Source: Bacteroidales bacterium
Lineage (GTDB): Bacteria; Bacteroidota; Bacteroidia; Bacteroidales; VadinHA17
Direction of reading: 5' to 3'
DNA: 64,000 nt
Assembly (NCBI GenBank): GCA_049294075.1
Contig: JBAQCK010000138.1
Span: 38,361 to 102,360 of the forward strand
Shown: piece by piece, positions 36,583 through 46,043 of the stretch
Layout: the number at the start of each line of letters is the position of its first letter
Numbering within the stretch: position 1 is the first letter of the stretch
The notes under the pieces: generated by a model
What the model saw: only the letters and a program-made list of their open reading frames with translations
Database searches by the model: none
What the model was told of the DNA's origin: nothing
Program-made: the position numbers and the translations under genes

Positions 36583-38015
36583 TCTATTGTCTTTTCATGT
36601 TTTTTGACCCGGCTCAGTCTGTAGCTGTAAGTGAAGCCCAGCCTGCCCCAGAGAGGACCAATTTTATAGAATTCGGTTTTCAGATATTCAATACCTGCAC
36701 TCACAGCCAGGTTTGACCTTTCGAACTTTATTCCTGCGGCCGGCATTATTCTTGCCTTACTTTCGGGCCGGGCAATCGTTCCATTGAAAGCGGGGCCGAA
36801 GTTATATCCTGCCGACAGGGAAGCAGAGGCCATAATGGTGAATCCCGAAGGTCTCTCCAGAAGTGTGAAGTCCTTGAATAGTCCTGCGTAAGCCAGGGAG
36901 CTTTTATCGAGATACTGGTAAAACTCATTGTCGCCGGTTTCCTTCATGACTCTTGTTCTGAAGGGTTTTGTATCAAATCCGGCCATGAATCCCGCATTGA
37001 GGAGCGGTTCTTTGAATGAAAGCATCAGTCCGGCCAGAAAATCCCTGTTGTTGGCCCTGGCATTGGCCGACAGGGAGATCACATCAATTCTTAATCCCGG
37101 TTTGCCCTTTATATTATATTTTTCAAGAAGTGAAGTGATATCCTTTCTTCCGAAAGCTGCTGCCACGGTATAGGGATTGACTCCTCCCTTTTCCGGATCA
37201 TTCCACAGGTCTCCTTTTTTTAGAAGAAGCTCTGCTGCCGGGATATGGTTCGACTGGATAGCCAGGGCCAGTGCATTGTAATTATAGATGTTCTTTTCAT
37301 ACAGGTCGACACCCTCCTTGAGCAGCAGGCTCATTATCGCGGTGTCACCTTTCTGGGCTGCTATAAGAAATGGGGTGAAGCCTTCCTGGTCCCTTGCTTC
37401 CAGATTGGCACCGTTTTGAAAGAGCAAATCGGTTACATCGGCATATCCCGAAAGGATAGAGGCCATCAGCGGGGTTGTTCCGTCATCTGACTTCAGGTTG
37501 CAGTCTGCATCATAATAAAGCAGGAGGTCAGTCATCAGCATATCACCGTTCACCGCGGCGTAATGTAACGGAGTGGCGCCGTGATTGTCAGGAAGATCAA
37601 TATCTGCCCCGCCCCTGATGAGAGTCTCTGCAATTTCAGTGTTCATATTTTTGACTGCAATCAGGAGAGCAGTCTCATGCCCGGCAGTTTTCTTATCTAT
37701 ATTTGGATTCCAGGCCAGCAATGCTTCCACCGCAGAATGCCTGTTATTTGCAACGGCAAAGATCAGGGGCGTTGCTCCCTCGTAAGTCTCCGCGTCTATT
37801 TCGGCTCCTTTTGAAAGAAGTCTGTTGACTTCGGTGTGGAGCCCCTTTGATGATGCAATCATGAGATTGTATTCAAGCGCGCCCTCGGTGTCCATCGGTA
37901 TGTAATCGAGAGTGTCAAGAATTGTAATAACCTGTCCTGATAATCTTTGCAGCGGGAAGGTCAGATTAGCGAGGATCAGCGTTATGGCAAATATGCTACT
38001 TCGTGTTAATAACAT
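36576..38015 (-). CDS. exported ankyrin-repeat protein with C-terminal beta-barrel-like domain
   Basis: Signal peptide. About 8 ANK units (G.TPL..A......V..LL..GA). The last ~170 aa show alternating-hydrophobic strands and end in ...GFTYSYRL...IEW. Confidence 0.7.
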   Translation of the reverse strand: MLLTRSSIFAITLILANLTFPLQRLSGQVITILDTLDYIPMDTEGALEYNLMIASSKGLHTEVNRLLSKGAEIDAETYEGATPLIFAVANNRHSAVEALLAWNPNIDKKTAGHETALLIAVKNMNTEIAETLIRGGADIDLPDNHGATPLHYAAVNGDMLMTDLLLYYDADCNLKSDDGTTPLMASILSGYADVTDLLFQNGANLEARDQEGFTPFLIAAQKGDTAIMSLLLKEGVDLYEKNIYNYNALALAIQSNHIPAAELLLKKGDLWNDPEKGGVNPYTVAAAFGRKDITSLLEKYNIKGKPGLRIDVISLSANARANNRDFLAGLMLSFKEPLLNAGFMAGFDTKPFRTRVMKETGDNEFYQYLDKSSLAYAGLFKDFTLLERPSGFTIMASASLSAGYNFGPAFNGTIARPESKARIMPAAGIKFERSNLAVSAGIEYLKTEFYKIGPLWGRLGFTYSYRLSRVKKHEKTIEW

Positions 38016-38162
38016 ATTCGCAAAGTTAGTTTTTTGGCCATTCGGTGTTTGAAATTTCTGAACAAAAAAACAATATTTGCAAAACCTGTAAGTTAATTTT
38101 TATGAAAGTTCAATGCCAAACTTGAATTCTGTTAATAAAACATATATTTTTATCCCCTAAAA

Positions 38163-39479
38163 GTGAAATTCTTGACCATTTCGAAGAAAATCCTCCTGGT
38201 TGTAATTTTGTCGCTGGTGGCGCGTTACAGCCCCATTGCAGTGGAGAAACCAGGCAACCCCGCCGACAGGCTGGCGCCTGCCTACGTGAGGCTTACAAAT
38301 ACCGATTCGTCGGTTTCGGAGTTTGACGGCTGTGTCCCTGTCATCAATTCCTTCATGAAGAAGTGGTCCATCCAGGGTGCATCCGTGGCGATCGCAAGAG
38401 ATGGAAAACTTGTGTATGCAAGGGGATTTGGATATGCCGATACAGCGGCCGGGATTGAGATACAGCCTTACAGCAAATTCCGGATAGCCAGTATTTCGAA
38501 GCTGGTAACTGCAGTCGCAATTATGAAACTGAGGGAGGATGGAAAGCTTTCACTCGACGACAGGGTGTTCGGTCCGGAGGGTGTTCTTAATGATTCATGC
38601 TATTGTGACGCCAAAGACAAAAGAGCCTATAACATAACCATTGCTCACCTGTTGTCGCACGAGGGAGGATGGTCGCAGCGTTACGGCGATCAGATGTTCA
38701 TGCCTCATCAGGTGGCCAGTCAGATGAAATGTGAGCTTCCGGTAGATACCCGGACCATTGTCCGGTTTGCCCTTTCAAAGAAGCTTCATTTTACTCCGGG
38801 GACAGGTCGTTCTTACTCAAATCTGGGATACAGTATACTTGGACTTGTGATTGAAAAGGTTTCCGGACTGCCGTACGAAGAATACTGCAGAACGGCAATA
38901 TTCGAACCCCTGGGGATTTACGACATAGTCCCGGCCAAAAACCTTCCTGATCAGAAAGCTCCGTTTGAGGTCACCTATTATGAACCTGCAGGTATGCCGA
39001 TGCGGCCTTCTGTTTACGGTACCGGAGAGTTGGTTCCTGCCCGTTACGGAGGGAACGATGTTGAGACTCTGGGTGCAGCCGGTTACTGGCTTGCAACGGC
39101 GCCCGACCTCATGAGACTGGTTCTTGCTGTTGACGGATTTGATTATAATGATGATATTCTTACCGATGGAAGTATAAGTTTAATGACGGACGTGAACAAC
39201 AAATTCTCGCCGGTCGGATGGAAGACCACCTACGAAAACGGTACATGGATCCGCACAGGTTCCTTCGCGGGAACTGCGGCCATGATAAAGCGCCAGCCCG
39301 ACGGCCTGTCATGGATAGTGCTTCTTAATACAAGCGCCTGGAACGGTCCGGGAATCCATACCTACATAAGCAGTATGATGGCGGGAGCGGTTTCAAAGAT
39401 TGATAAATGGCCGGAATACAACCTGTTCGACAATACGCTTCCGGTTCCGATACGATTTGAGCTGACAGGAATCAACTAA
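38163..39479 (+). CDS. serine hydrolase, class C beta-lactamase/PBP family
   Basis: S-x-x-K motif (ASISKLV) and a YSN motif. GTG start. Confidence 0.75.
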   Translation: MKFLTISKKILLVVILSLVARYSPIAVEKPGNPADRLAPAYVRLTNTDSSVSEFDGCVPVINSFMKKWSIQGASVAIARDGKLVYARGFGYADTAAGIEIQPYSKFRIASISKLVTAVAIMKLREDGKLSLDDRVFGPEGVLNDSCYCDAKDKRAYNITIAHLLSHEGGWSQRYGDQMFMPHQVASQMKCELPVDTRTIVRFALSKKLHFTPGTGRSYSNLGYSILGLVIEKVSGLPYEEYCRTAIFEPLGIYDIVPAKNLPDQKAPFEVTYYEPAGMPMRPSVYGTGELVPARYGGNDVETLGAAGYWLATAPDLMRLVLAVDGFDYNDDILTDGSISLMTDVNNKFSPVGWKTTYENGTWIRTGSFAGTAAMIKRQPDGLSWIVLLNTSAWNGPGIHTYISSMMAGAVSKIDKWPEYNLFDNTLPVPIRFELTGIN

Positions 39480-39482
39480 GGA

Positions 39483-40208
39483 ATGTGCTTTACAGTCAAT
39501 GTAAACTTAGTAAAGGATGAACTTGAAAACAGGTACGGGGTTTCTTTTCCCGACCGAGACAGGTATCAGCCCAGTTACTATTATCATGCATTCAGTCTGC
39601 CTGAGCTCCCGGCCATCTGCCTGGATGATCCGGAAAGGGCCCGGCTTCTTAAATGGGGTCTGATTCCGTCCTGGACAAAGAAACCTGAGGATGCAGATGA
39701 AATAAGATACAAGACATTCAATGCCAGGGCTGAAACCGTATTTTCAAAGCCTTCGTTTTCAAGATCATTCAGATCAGGTCGCTGCATTATCCCGGTTAAA
39801 GGATTCTTTGAATGGCAGCATGCAGTTAACGAAAAGATTCCATGGTATATCCGCCATGCAGGTGAGGAGATATTTTCACTGGCAGGTTTGTACGACAGGT
39901 GGACAAATACAGCAACGGGAGAGGTCCTTGATACCTTTACGATAGTGACCACCGATGCAAACGATCTGCTCGCCGTTATTCACAACTCGAAGAAAAGGAT
40001 GCCTGTGATTCTCGACCATGACGCTGAAAAAAGATGGATTAGTTCAGACACTTCTCCTGAGGAAGCGTTTTCACTCCTGAAACCCTGTCCCACGGCTTTA
40101 CTCAAAGCCTGGACGATCAGCAATCTGATAAACAATAAGTCTGCCAACCGGAACACTCCGGAGGTGATAAGGCCTTACCCCCGGCAGAATAACACGCTCT
40201 TTGGCTGA
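39483..40208 (+). CDS. SOS-response-associated peptidase (SRAP/YedK family)
   Basis: Catalytic Cys2 (MCFTV), FNARAET, and the GFFEW motif. Confidence 0.85.
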   Translation: MCFTVNVNLVKDELENRYGVSFPDRDRYQPSYYYHAFSLPELPAICLDDPERARLLKWGLIPSWTKKPEDADEIRYKTFNARAETVFSKPSFSRSFRSGRCIIPVKGFFEWQHAVNEKIPWYIRHAGEEIFSLAGLYDRWTNTATGEVLDTFTIVTTDANDLLAVIHNSKKRMPVILDHDAEKRWISSDTSPEEAFSLLKPCPTALLKAWTISNLINNKSANRNTPEVIRPYPRQNNTLFG

Positions 40209-40248
40209 GATTGCAGAAGTGATCCGGCTGTGTAAAACGGATACTTCC

Positions 40249-41013
40249 TTATTGGGCAACAAATATGTAAGTAAGAGTACCCTTCTGGATTTTTGGGGCA
40301 TCAAGATTGCTTTCAAATCTTGATCTCAGGGCAGTGCCGACAGCTGTTTCGACCAGGCATTCGTCTGTGGCGCTGCTCTGGGCCTGAATTATTGAGGCAT
40401 TTTCAACATATCCCCGCTGGTTAACCTCGATAAGCAGCACCACTTTCCCCGATCCTTCGCACTTATAGATAGGTATCGGCAGGTATATGTGATTTCTCCC
40501 GGTGAGTTCATAAAAAATTCTGGTCGGTCCCTGAAAATTGGCAGCCATCTTTTGTGATTCGTTGGCTTCCTTCTCTTTCTCCTCCGCTTCATCCTGATCG
40601 TCAACTGCAATCTCTTCTGCATTGGTCTGCTGGTAGCCTGTCCCCCTGGAATCTATAAAATTGTCAGTGCCAAGTTTACCGCTTTCAATCAGTTCGTCCT
40701 TTACCTGATCGATATATGCCTGCGGGTCGACTTTTTCCTCGCCTCTGGCTGCCAGGTTACGGGCAATGTTTAGCATCTCGGGATCGTTACGCAATATGTT
40801 TTCAACTGTTACGGCTGAGAGATTTTCAGCAGGCACTGCAGGGGCCATCTCCATCCTTTCCTCTACCGCGGCAAATTCAATCTCAAACTTATCGATTTCC
40901 TTTTCCCTGGTTTTCATTGAACCAAGCTGGTAGGACATGAAAATTATACCCGCTGTCAGATGGATGCTAACGGTTCCAAGTATTCCCACTAATCTGCCGT
41001 TATTTCTGCTCAC
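40249..41013 (-). CDS. TonB-C-like domain membrane protein
   Basis: Single N-terminal TM segment, an acidic linker, and a C-terminal TonB-like fold pattern (GKVVLLIEVNQRGYV). Confidence 0.5.
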   Translation of the reverse strand: MSRNNGRLVGILGTVSIHLTAGIIFMSYQLGSMKTREKEIDKFEIEFAAVEERMEMAPAVPAENLSAVTVENILRNDPEMLNIARNLAARGEEKVDPQAYIDQVKDELIESGKLGTDNFIDSRGTGYQQTNAEEIAVDDQDEAEEKEKEANESQKMAANFQGPTRIFYELTGRNHIYLPIPIYKCEGSGKVVLLIEVNQRGYVENASIIQAQSSATDECLVETAVGTALRSRFESNLDAPKIQKGTLTYIFVAQ

Positions 41014-41758
41014 TTTTTTTCTTCTTCCTGGGTTTTTTCATCTTCACCTTTGATGGTTTATCAGAATTGTGCTGATTTTTAAACAGGCCGTTTTGCAATC
41101 CATTTACAAATTTCGCCCAGGCAAAGGGATTCAGCAGGTTGTTGATGGGATACTGTCCCCTTGTTACATTATTCCTGAAGTTTTGCTGCATGGCATAGCG
41201 GTATCCGGCCTCCGGTGTGATTTTTACATCCACGGTTGTCGACATTGCTTCCTCAATTGAGGCAATGTTCCTGTTCATATTTTCAATTTCCGGCCCCAGT
41301 GGCGATGGTGTTGACATATCCCTGATGAATTCGCTGTAACTTTTCCATGGAATCACCACTACATTGTCGATCGGTATTGTATCCAGACTCAGTTTAACGT
41401 CCAGATTGTAATTGCGTCCTGTAAAATCGTTTGGCAGTATCACCAGTTTCCTTTTAAAACCAAGCGCCCTGAAAAATATTGTGTCGCCTGGGGTGCTTGT
41501 GATACTGTAAATCCCCGTTCTCTCGCTTATGGTACCCCTTTTGAGCTTTAGGGAAACGACGCCCACGTTTGCCATCGGATTGTTTTCCTCGTCAGATATT
41601 ATTCCGCTTACCTGGAAAAACCTTTCCATTTCCCGGGTTTGACCTTTCAGGAGGCACAGTGGCAGCAGAAGAAAAAATACTATATGGAGAAACCGTTTCA
41701 ATTCCTGATTCCTTGAATAATTTCTGAGTTTTACAATCAGTGCCTGCAAAATAAACAT
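41000..41758 (-). CDS. carboxypeptidase-regulatory-like domain protein
   Basis: VSGIISDEENNPMANVGVV...TGIYSI pattern and a basic C-terminal tail. Confidence 0.55.
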   Translation of the reverse strand: MFILQALIVKLRNYSRNQELKRFLHIVFFLLLPLCLLKGQTREMERFFQVSGIISDEENNPMANVGVVSLKLKRGTISERTGIYSITSTPGDTIFFRALGFKRKLVILPNDFTGRNYNLDVKLSLDTIPIDNVVVIPWKSYSEFIRDMSTPSPLGPEIENMNRNIASIEEAMSTTVDVKITPEAGYRYAMQQNFRNNVTRGQYPINNLLNPFAWAKFVNGLQNGLFKNQHNSDKPSKVKMKKPRKKKKSEQK

Positions 41759-41802
41759 TATTGGATGGAACGTTAAAAGCTTTTAGGTTATTTTTAACTA
41801 AA

Positions 41803-41907
41803 TTTCATCATAATAAAATTTTGAATTTAATGGAAAGATGGAACCGCACATGATGATAATTCTGTTCATCAGGTGTTTATGTTTAAAATCAATCATGTGG
41901 GTTTCAA
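41803..41907 (+). repeat. conserved ~100-bp intergenic element, copy C
   Basis: Hairpin arms are 41840-41854 and 41892-41905. The right half is near-identical to copy B (AATCAATCATGTGGGTTTCA). Confidence 0.8.
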
Positions 41908-41924
41908 AATTGAACTTATTCAGG

Positions 41925-41932
41925 TAATTTTG
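41925..41932 (+). promoter_or_regulatory. candidate -7 box (TAATTTTG) for iorA
   Basis: Perfect TAnnTTTG match 43 nt upstream of the iorA ATG. A TTTC sequence lies 19 nt upstream as a weak -33 element. Confidence 0.4.
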
Positions 41933-41975
41933 AACCGTTAAAATAAGGTTCGATCGGATCAACAGGAAATACATT

Positions 41976-43589
41976 ATGCAGAAACAATTATTAATGGGTG
42001 ACGAGGCAATTGCGCTTGGAGCACTTGATGCCGGCCTGAGCGGCATGTACGCTTACCCCGGAACCCCCTCGACCGAAATAATGGAGTATATTCAGTCGTC
42101 GGAAGAGGCAGCCGGAAGAGGTGTACACAGGGAATGGTCGGCCAATGAGAAGACTGCCATGGAGGCAGCTTTGGGAATGTCGTATACGGGAAGAAGAGCC
42201 ATGGTAGCCATGAAGCATGTTGGTCTCAACGTGGCTGCCGACCCCTTTATCAATTCATCTGTGACCGGGATTAATGGCGGACTCGTGGTTGTATCAGCCG
42301 ACGATCCCTCGATGCATTCATCACAGAATGAACAGGATTCAAGATTCTACGGAAAATTTGCTTTTGTGCCGGTTTTTGAGCCTTCAAACCAACAGGAGGC
42401 CTACGATATGGTAAGCGATGCCTTTGACCTTTCTGAGAAATTCAGGATTCCCGTGCTGTTCAGGATAACTACGCGTCTTGCCCATTCACGTTCAGCGGTA
42501 AAGAGGAAAACTGCAATTCCTCAGAAGTCTTTTCAGCTTCCTTCCGATCCCCGCCAGTTTGTACTTCTTCCTGCCATAGCAAGGAAGAAGTACCATGCAC
42601 TGCTGGCCACTTACGAATCTCTGAAATATGATAACAGGCTTTCAAGATACAACGTGTTCAAGGATGGGAAGAACAGAAGAATGGGCGTAATAGCATGCGG
42701 CATAACATATAATTATCTTATGGAGAACTTTCCGGATAAGGGTCCGGGATTTCCCGTGCTGAAAATCACCACCTACCCGTTTCCGAAAGATATTATCAGT
42801 GATCTGACAAGCAGATGTGAGGAGGTTCTTGTTCTCGAGGAGGGGTACCCTATTATTGAGGAGGGTCTGAGAGGAATACTGGATAACAGCCTGTCGGTTT
42901 ACGGACGACTCGACGGTGCAATCCCGAGGGAAGGTGAACTGAATCCGTCGGTTGTGGCCAAAGCACTGGGGATCAAATCAGAGCCATTGTTCAAAGTCCC
43001 CGATGTTGTAAAAACCCGGCCGCCGTCATTTTGCAAGGGATGCGGGCATTCCGACACTTTCCTTGCTGTTATCGATGCCTTGAAACCGTCGGGCGGCAGG
43101 GGAGTATTCTCGGACATCGGATGTTATACACTGGCTGCACTGCCTCCATACAGCATCATAAACTCCTGTGTCGATATGGGAGCATCTGTTACCATGGCTG
43201 TAGGGGCCGCTGACGGGGGATTAAGACCCTCTGTTGCAGTGATAGGCGATTCAACCTTCACCCATTCGGGCATGACCGGGCTACTCGATGCAGTGATGAA
43301 AAACTCCCCGGTAACAGTAATCATATCGGATAACTCAGCCACGGCAATGACCGGCGGACAGAAATCCCATGCCACCGGACGGCTTGAAAAAATCTGCGAA
43401 GGACTTGGCGTTGACCCCAAACACATCAGGACGATAGTGCCGCTTAAGAAGAATCACGCGGAGAATGTGGAAGTCATGCAGGAAGAATTCGAATATCAGG
43501 GTGTCTCGGTGATAATTTCTGCAAGGGAATGCATCCAAACTGCCTCAAAGCGCAGGAAATCCAATAAAAGCAACGAGCAGGAATCATGA
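41976..43589 (+). CDS. iorA: indolepyruvate:ferredoxin oxidoreductase alpha subunit
   Basis: MQKQLLMGDEAIALGALDAG...YPGTPSTEI and a TPP-binding domain (FCKGCGH, GDSTFTHSG). Confidence 0.85.
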   Translation: MQKQLLMGDEAIALGALDAGLSGMYAYPGTPSTEIMEYIQSSEEAAGRGVHREWSANEKTAMEAALGMSYTGRRAMVAMKHVGLNVAADPFINSSVTGINGGLVVVSADDPSMHSSQNEQDSRFYGKFAFVPVFEPSNQQEAYDMVSDAFDLSEKFRIPVLFRITTRLAHSRSAVKRKTAIPQKSFQLPSDPRQFVLLPAIARKKYHALLATYESLKYDNRLSRYNVFKDGKNRRMGVIACGITYNYLMENFPDKGPGFPVLKITTYPFPKDIISDLTSRCEEVLVLEEGYPIIEEGLRGILDNSLSVYGRLDGAIPREGELNPSVVAKALGIKSEPLFKVPDVVKTRPPSFCKGCGHSDTFLAVIDALKPSGGRGVFSDIGCYTLAALPPYSIINSCVDMGASVTMAVGAADGGLRPSVAVIGDSTFTHSGMTGLLDAVMKNSPVTVIISDNSATAMTGGQKSHATGRLEKICEGLGVDPKHIRTIVPLKKNHAENVEVMQEEFEYQGVSVIISARECIQTASKRRKSNKSNEQES

Positions 43590-44152
43590 AGAGCGACATT
43601 ATACTATCAGGAGTAGGAGGGCAGGGGATATTGTCAATTGCGGCAATTATCGGCCTTGCCGCAATAGAAAATGATCTTTATCTCAAGCAGGCTGAAGTTC
43701 ATGGAATGAGCCAGAGGGGAGGAGATGTCCAGTCACACCTCAGGCTGTCATCAATGCCGGTTCATTCTGATCTGATTCCATATGGAAAAGCCGATCTGAT
43801 AATTTCAGTCGAACCAATGGAATCGCTCAGGTACCTGCCATGGCTTTCGGCATCCGGATGGCTGGTCACCAATTCAACACCATTCGTGAATATCGACGAC
43901 TATCCTCCTGTGGAAGATATCCTCAGCAGGATAAGGAAAGTGGGCAATCATAAAATTGTTGATGCTGACGAGATTGCACGACAGATAGGTTCGGCGCGTT
44001 CGGGTAATGTGGTGATCCTCGGCGCCGCCTCTAATTATCTTGATCTTCCCTGGGAAAGCCTCGAGAATGCTGTGATGAGATTATTTTCAAAGAAGAGTCC
44101 TGAACTGGCTGAGTTGAACGTGAAAGCCCTAAAGGCAGGACGAAACGCATGA
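43586..44152 (+). CDS. iorB: indolepyruvate:ferredoxin oxidoreductase beta subunit
   Basis: GVGGQGILS motif. 4-bp overlap with iorA. Confidence 0.85.
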   Translation: MKSDIILSGVGGQGILSIAAIIGLAAIENDLYLKQAEVHGMSQRGGDVQSHLRLSSMPVHSDLIPYGKADLIISVEPMESLRYLPWLSASGWLVTNSTPFVNIDDYPPVEDILSRIRKVGNHKIVDADEIARQIGSARSGNVVILGAASNYLDLPWESLENAVMRLFSKKSPELAELNVKALKAGRNA

Positions 44153-44164
44153 AAATGAAAAACA

Positions 44165-44189
44165 AGAGGCTGTCCTGACGACAGCCTCT
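44165..44189. terminator. terminator hairpin between iorB and ssb
   Basis: AGAGGCTGTC-CTGAC-GACAGCCTCT. The strong T-run lies on the minus strand (TTGTTTTTCATTTTC). Confidence 0.7.
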
Positions 44190-44219
44190 TTCCACCAGGA
44201 AAACAGCGAGTGATCCGTG

Positions 44220-44582
44220 CTATTCTTCCTTCTCCTCGCCGTTCCTGCCCGACGACCCCAGAAAGAGCATTTCATTCAGGACAATCTCCGTCACATACTT
44301 GGTCACACCCTTCTTGTCCTCATAGCTCCTGTACACAAGTCTTCCGTCGATGGCCACTTCCTTGCCTTTCCTAAGGTACTTGGCAGCTCGCTCTGCAAGG
44401 CCATTCCATGCTACGATATTGTGCCAGGTCGTCTCCTCAACCTTCTGACCTTCAGTGTTCTTGTAGGCATCATTGGTGGCAATTGTGAAATTCACAACCT
44501 TTTTCCCGTTTTCAAGGTTCTTGATCTCGGGATCCTGCCCCAGATGCCCGATAAGCTGTACGCGGTTCCTTAAATTGTTCAT
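44220..44582 (-). CDS. ssb: single-stranded DNA-binding protein (short form)
   Basis: OB-fold N-terminus MNNLRNRVQLIGHLGQDPE. 120 aa. Confidence 0.85.
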   Translation of the reverse strand: MNNLRNRVQLIGHLGQDPEIKNLENGKKVVNFTIATNDAYKNTEGQKVEETTWHNIVAWNGLAERAAKYLRKGKEVAIDGRLVYRSYEDKKGVTKYVTEIVLNEMLFLGSSGRNGEEKEE

Positions 44583-44620
44583 GACTAAAAGATTTTGGTT
44601 TTACATGTTTTTAACTGATA

Positions 44621-44628
44621 CAAACTTA
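44621..44628 (-). promoter_or_regulatory. candidate -7 box (TAAGTTTG) for ssb
   Basis: Perfect TAnnTTTG match on the minus strand, 39 nt upstream of the ssb ATG. Confidence 0.4.
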
Positions 44629-44744
44629 AACCCTCGCGGCCGGAGCTGTCGGTTATTAAATATTTATACCTGTTTCAAAATCATTTATAATCGTTTGCTG
44701 TCGCTTTTTACGTTTTTTTGTAACTTTATCAAAACTTTCGTGCT

Positions 44745-45110
44745 GTGGAAAAGAAATGTCTCGATTGCGGCTGCACAATACGCGGCCGGACTGATAAGAA
44801 ATTCTGCTCTGATCAGTGCAGAAACAATTACAACAACAAGCTGAACCGTGATTCGAACAATTTCATGAGGAATGTTCACGGATTACTCAGGAAAAACAGG
44901 CGCATCCTTGCAGACCTGTACCTTGAAGGAAGGTGCAGGATCCACAAGGATGCGCTTTTTGCCCTGGGTTATAATTTCAGTTTTTTCACCCATCTGATAG
45001 AAACATCAGATGGTACCCGGTACCATTACTGTTTCGAGTATGGATACAGGGAAACAGGCGATGACTTCATCGAACTGAAGGAGAACAGCCAGTATATCGA
45101 ATATCAATAG
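44745..45110 (+). CDS. zinc-ribbon protein, unknown function
   Basis: CLDCGC...FCSDQC four-Cys pattern at the N-terminus. Confidence 0.55.
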   Translation: MEKKCLDCGCTIRGRTDKKFCSDQCRNNYNNKLNRDSNNFMRNVHGLLRKNRRILADLYLEGRCRIHKDALFALGYNFSFFTHLIETSDGTRYHYCFEYGYRETGDDFIELKENSQYIEYQ

Positions 45111-45991
45111 AAAGGGAAGTAGTGTCTTATATTCTCCTTTGTCAGAGGCGTTCCATAGCCGCTGTCCTGGAATGCTTCACAGTTTCTGATTTTTGAGCCC
45201 CTTTCCTTACCGTACTGTTCAATCAGTCTGGCCCTGAATGGTTCGGCATTCGATCTTGCGCCCCAGGTCTTGCCCAGCCATGCCCTTCTTTCCTTTTCTG
45301 TTGCAGGAACCTGATCAAGCTGACCGCGGTTGAAGGGGAGCCATTCATACATCTGAGAGGTGTGCTGATGATACATGTCTATCTTCTTCTCCATCACATC
45401 ATCTATGTCGATGCATACATCCGGGATGAAAGGCTCGGGATGAACGAACTGGTCATAAGTGTAAAGAAATACCGGATTTTTTTCAAGGAAAGGTACTTCC
45501 GGAAGTATCTTCGGAACTGTAACCATGTAGGCAGCATCCAGAACCAGTGTCCCGCAATACCGGTGGTCAGGGTGATAGTCGTAGGGGCGGGGGAAAATGA
45601 CGATGTCTGCCTTCTGTTCCCTGATGAGCTTTATCACCTCCAGCCTGTTCTCATAAGTAGGCATCAGCTGACCGTCGTGGTTGTCGAGTGTAATGTACCT
45701 GACACCTATGACTTCACCAGCCTTCCTTGCTTCTTCCCTCCTGATTTTTGCCAGTTCTTCTGAACTGTAGGTCTGATGCCCTGCATCGCCGTTTGTAAGC
45801 GAAACCATGAGAACATCATGTCCTGCCTTTGCCCATTTGTATGCTGTACCTCCCACTTCATCAGGGTCGTCGGGATGGGCGCCTATGATAATAATATGAA
45901 GCTTGTCATTTTGTTTTACCTGCTGACTGCTGGCCCCTGATGCCAGGCCCAGTAAAACAGGCATCAATGCAATAAGTCTGAGTATTTTCAT
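45104..45991 (-). CDS. PIG-L/LmbE family deacetylase (exported)
   Basis: Signal peptide and the IIIGAHPDDPDEVGG motif. Confidence 0.8.
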   Translation of the reverse strand: MKILRLIALMPVLLGLASGASSQQVKQNDKLHIIIIGAHPDDPDEVGGTAYKWAKAGHDVLMVSLTNGDAGHQTYSSEELAKIRREEARKAGEVIGVRYITLDNHDGQLMPTYENRLEVIKLIREQKADIVIFPRPYDYHPDHRYCGTLVLDAAYMVTVPKILPEVPFLEKNPVFLYTYDQFVHPEPFIPDVCIDIDDVMEKKIDMYHQHTSQMYEWLPFNRGQLDQVPATEKERRAWLGKTWGARSNAEPFRARLIEQYGKERGSKIRNCEAFQDSGYGTPLTKENIRHYFPFY

Positions 45992-46043
45992 GTCGTACGG
46001 GTTTTGGGTGACAATATACGAAAACCATTGATAATTTCAATGA

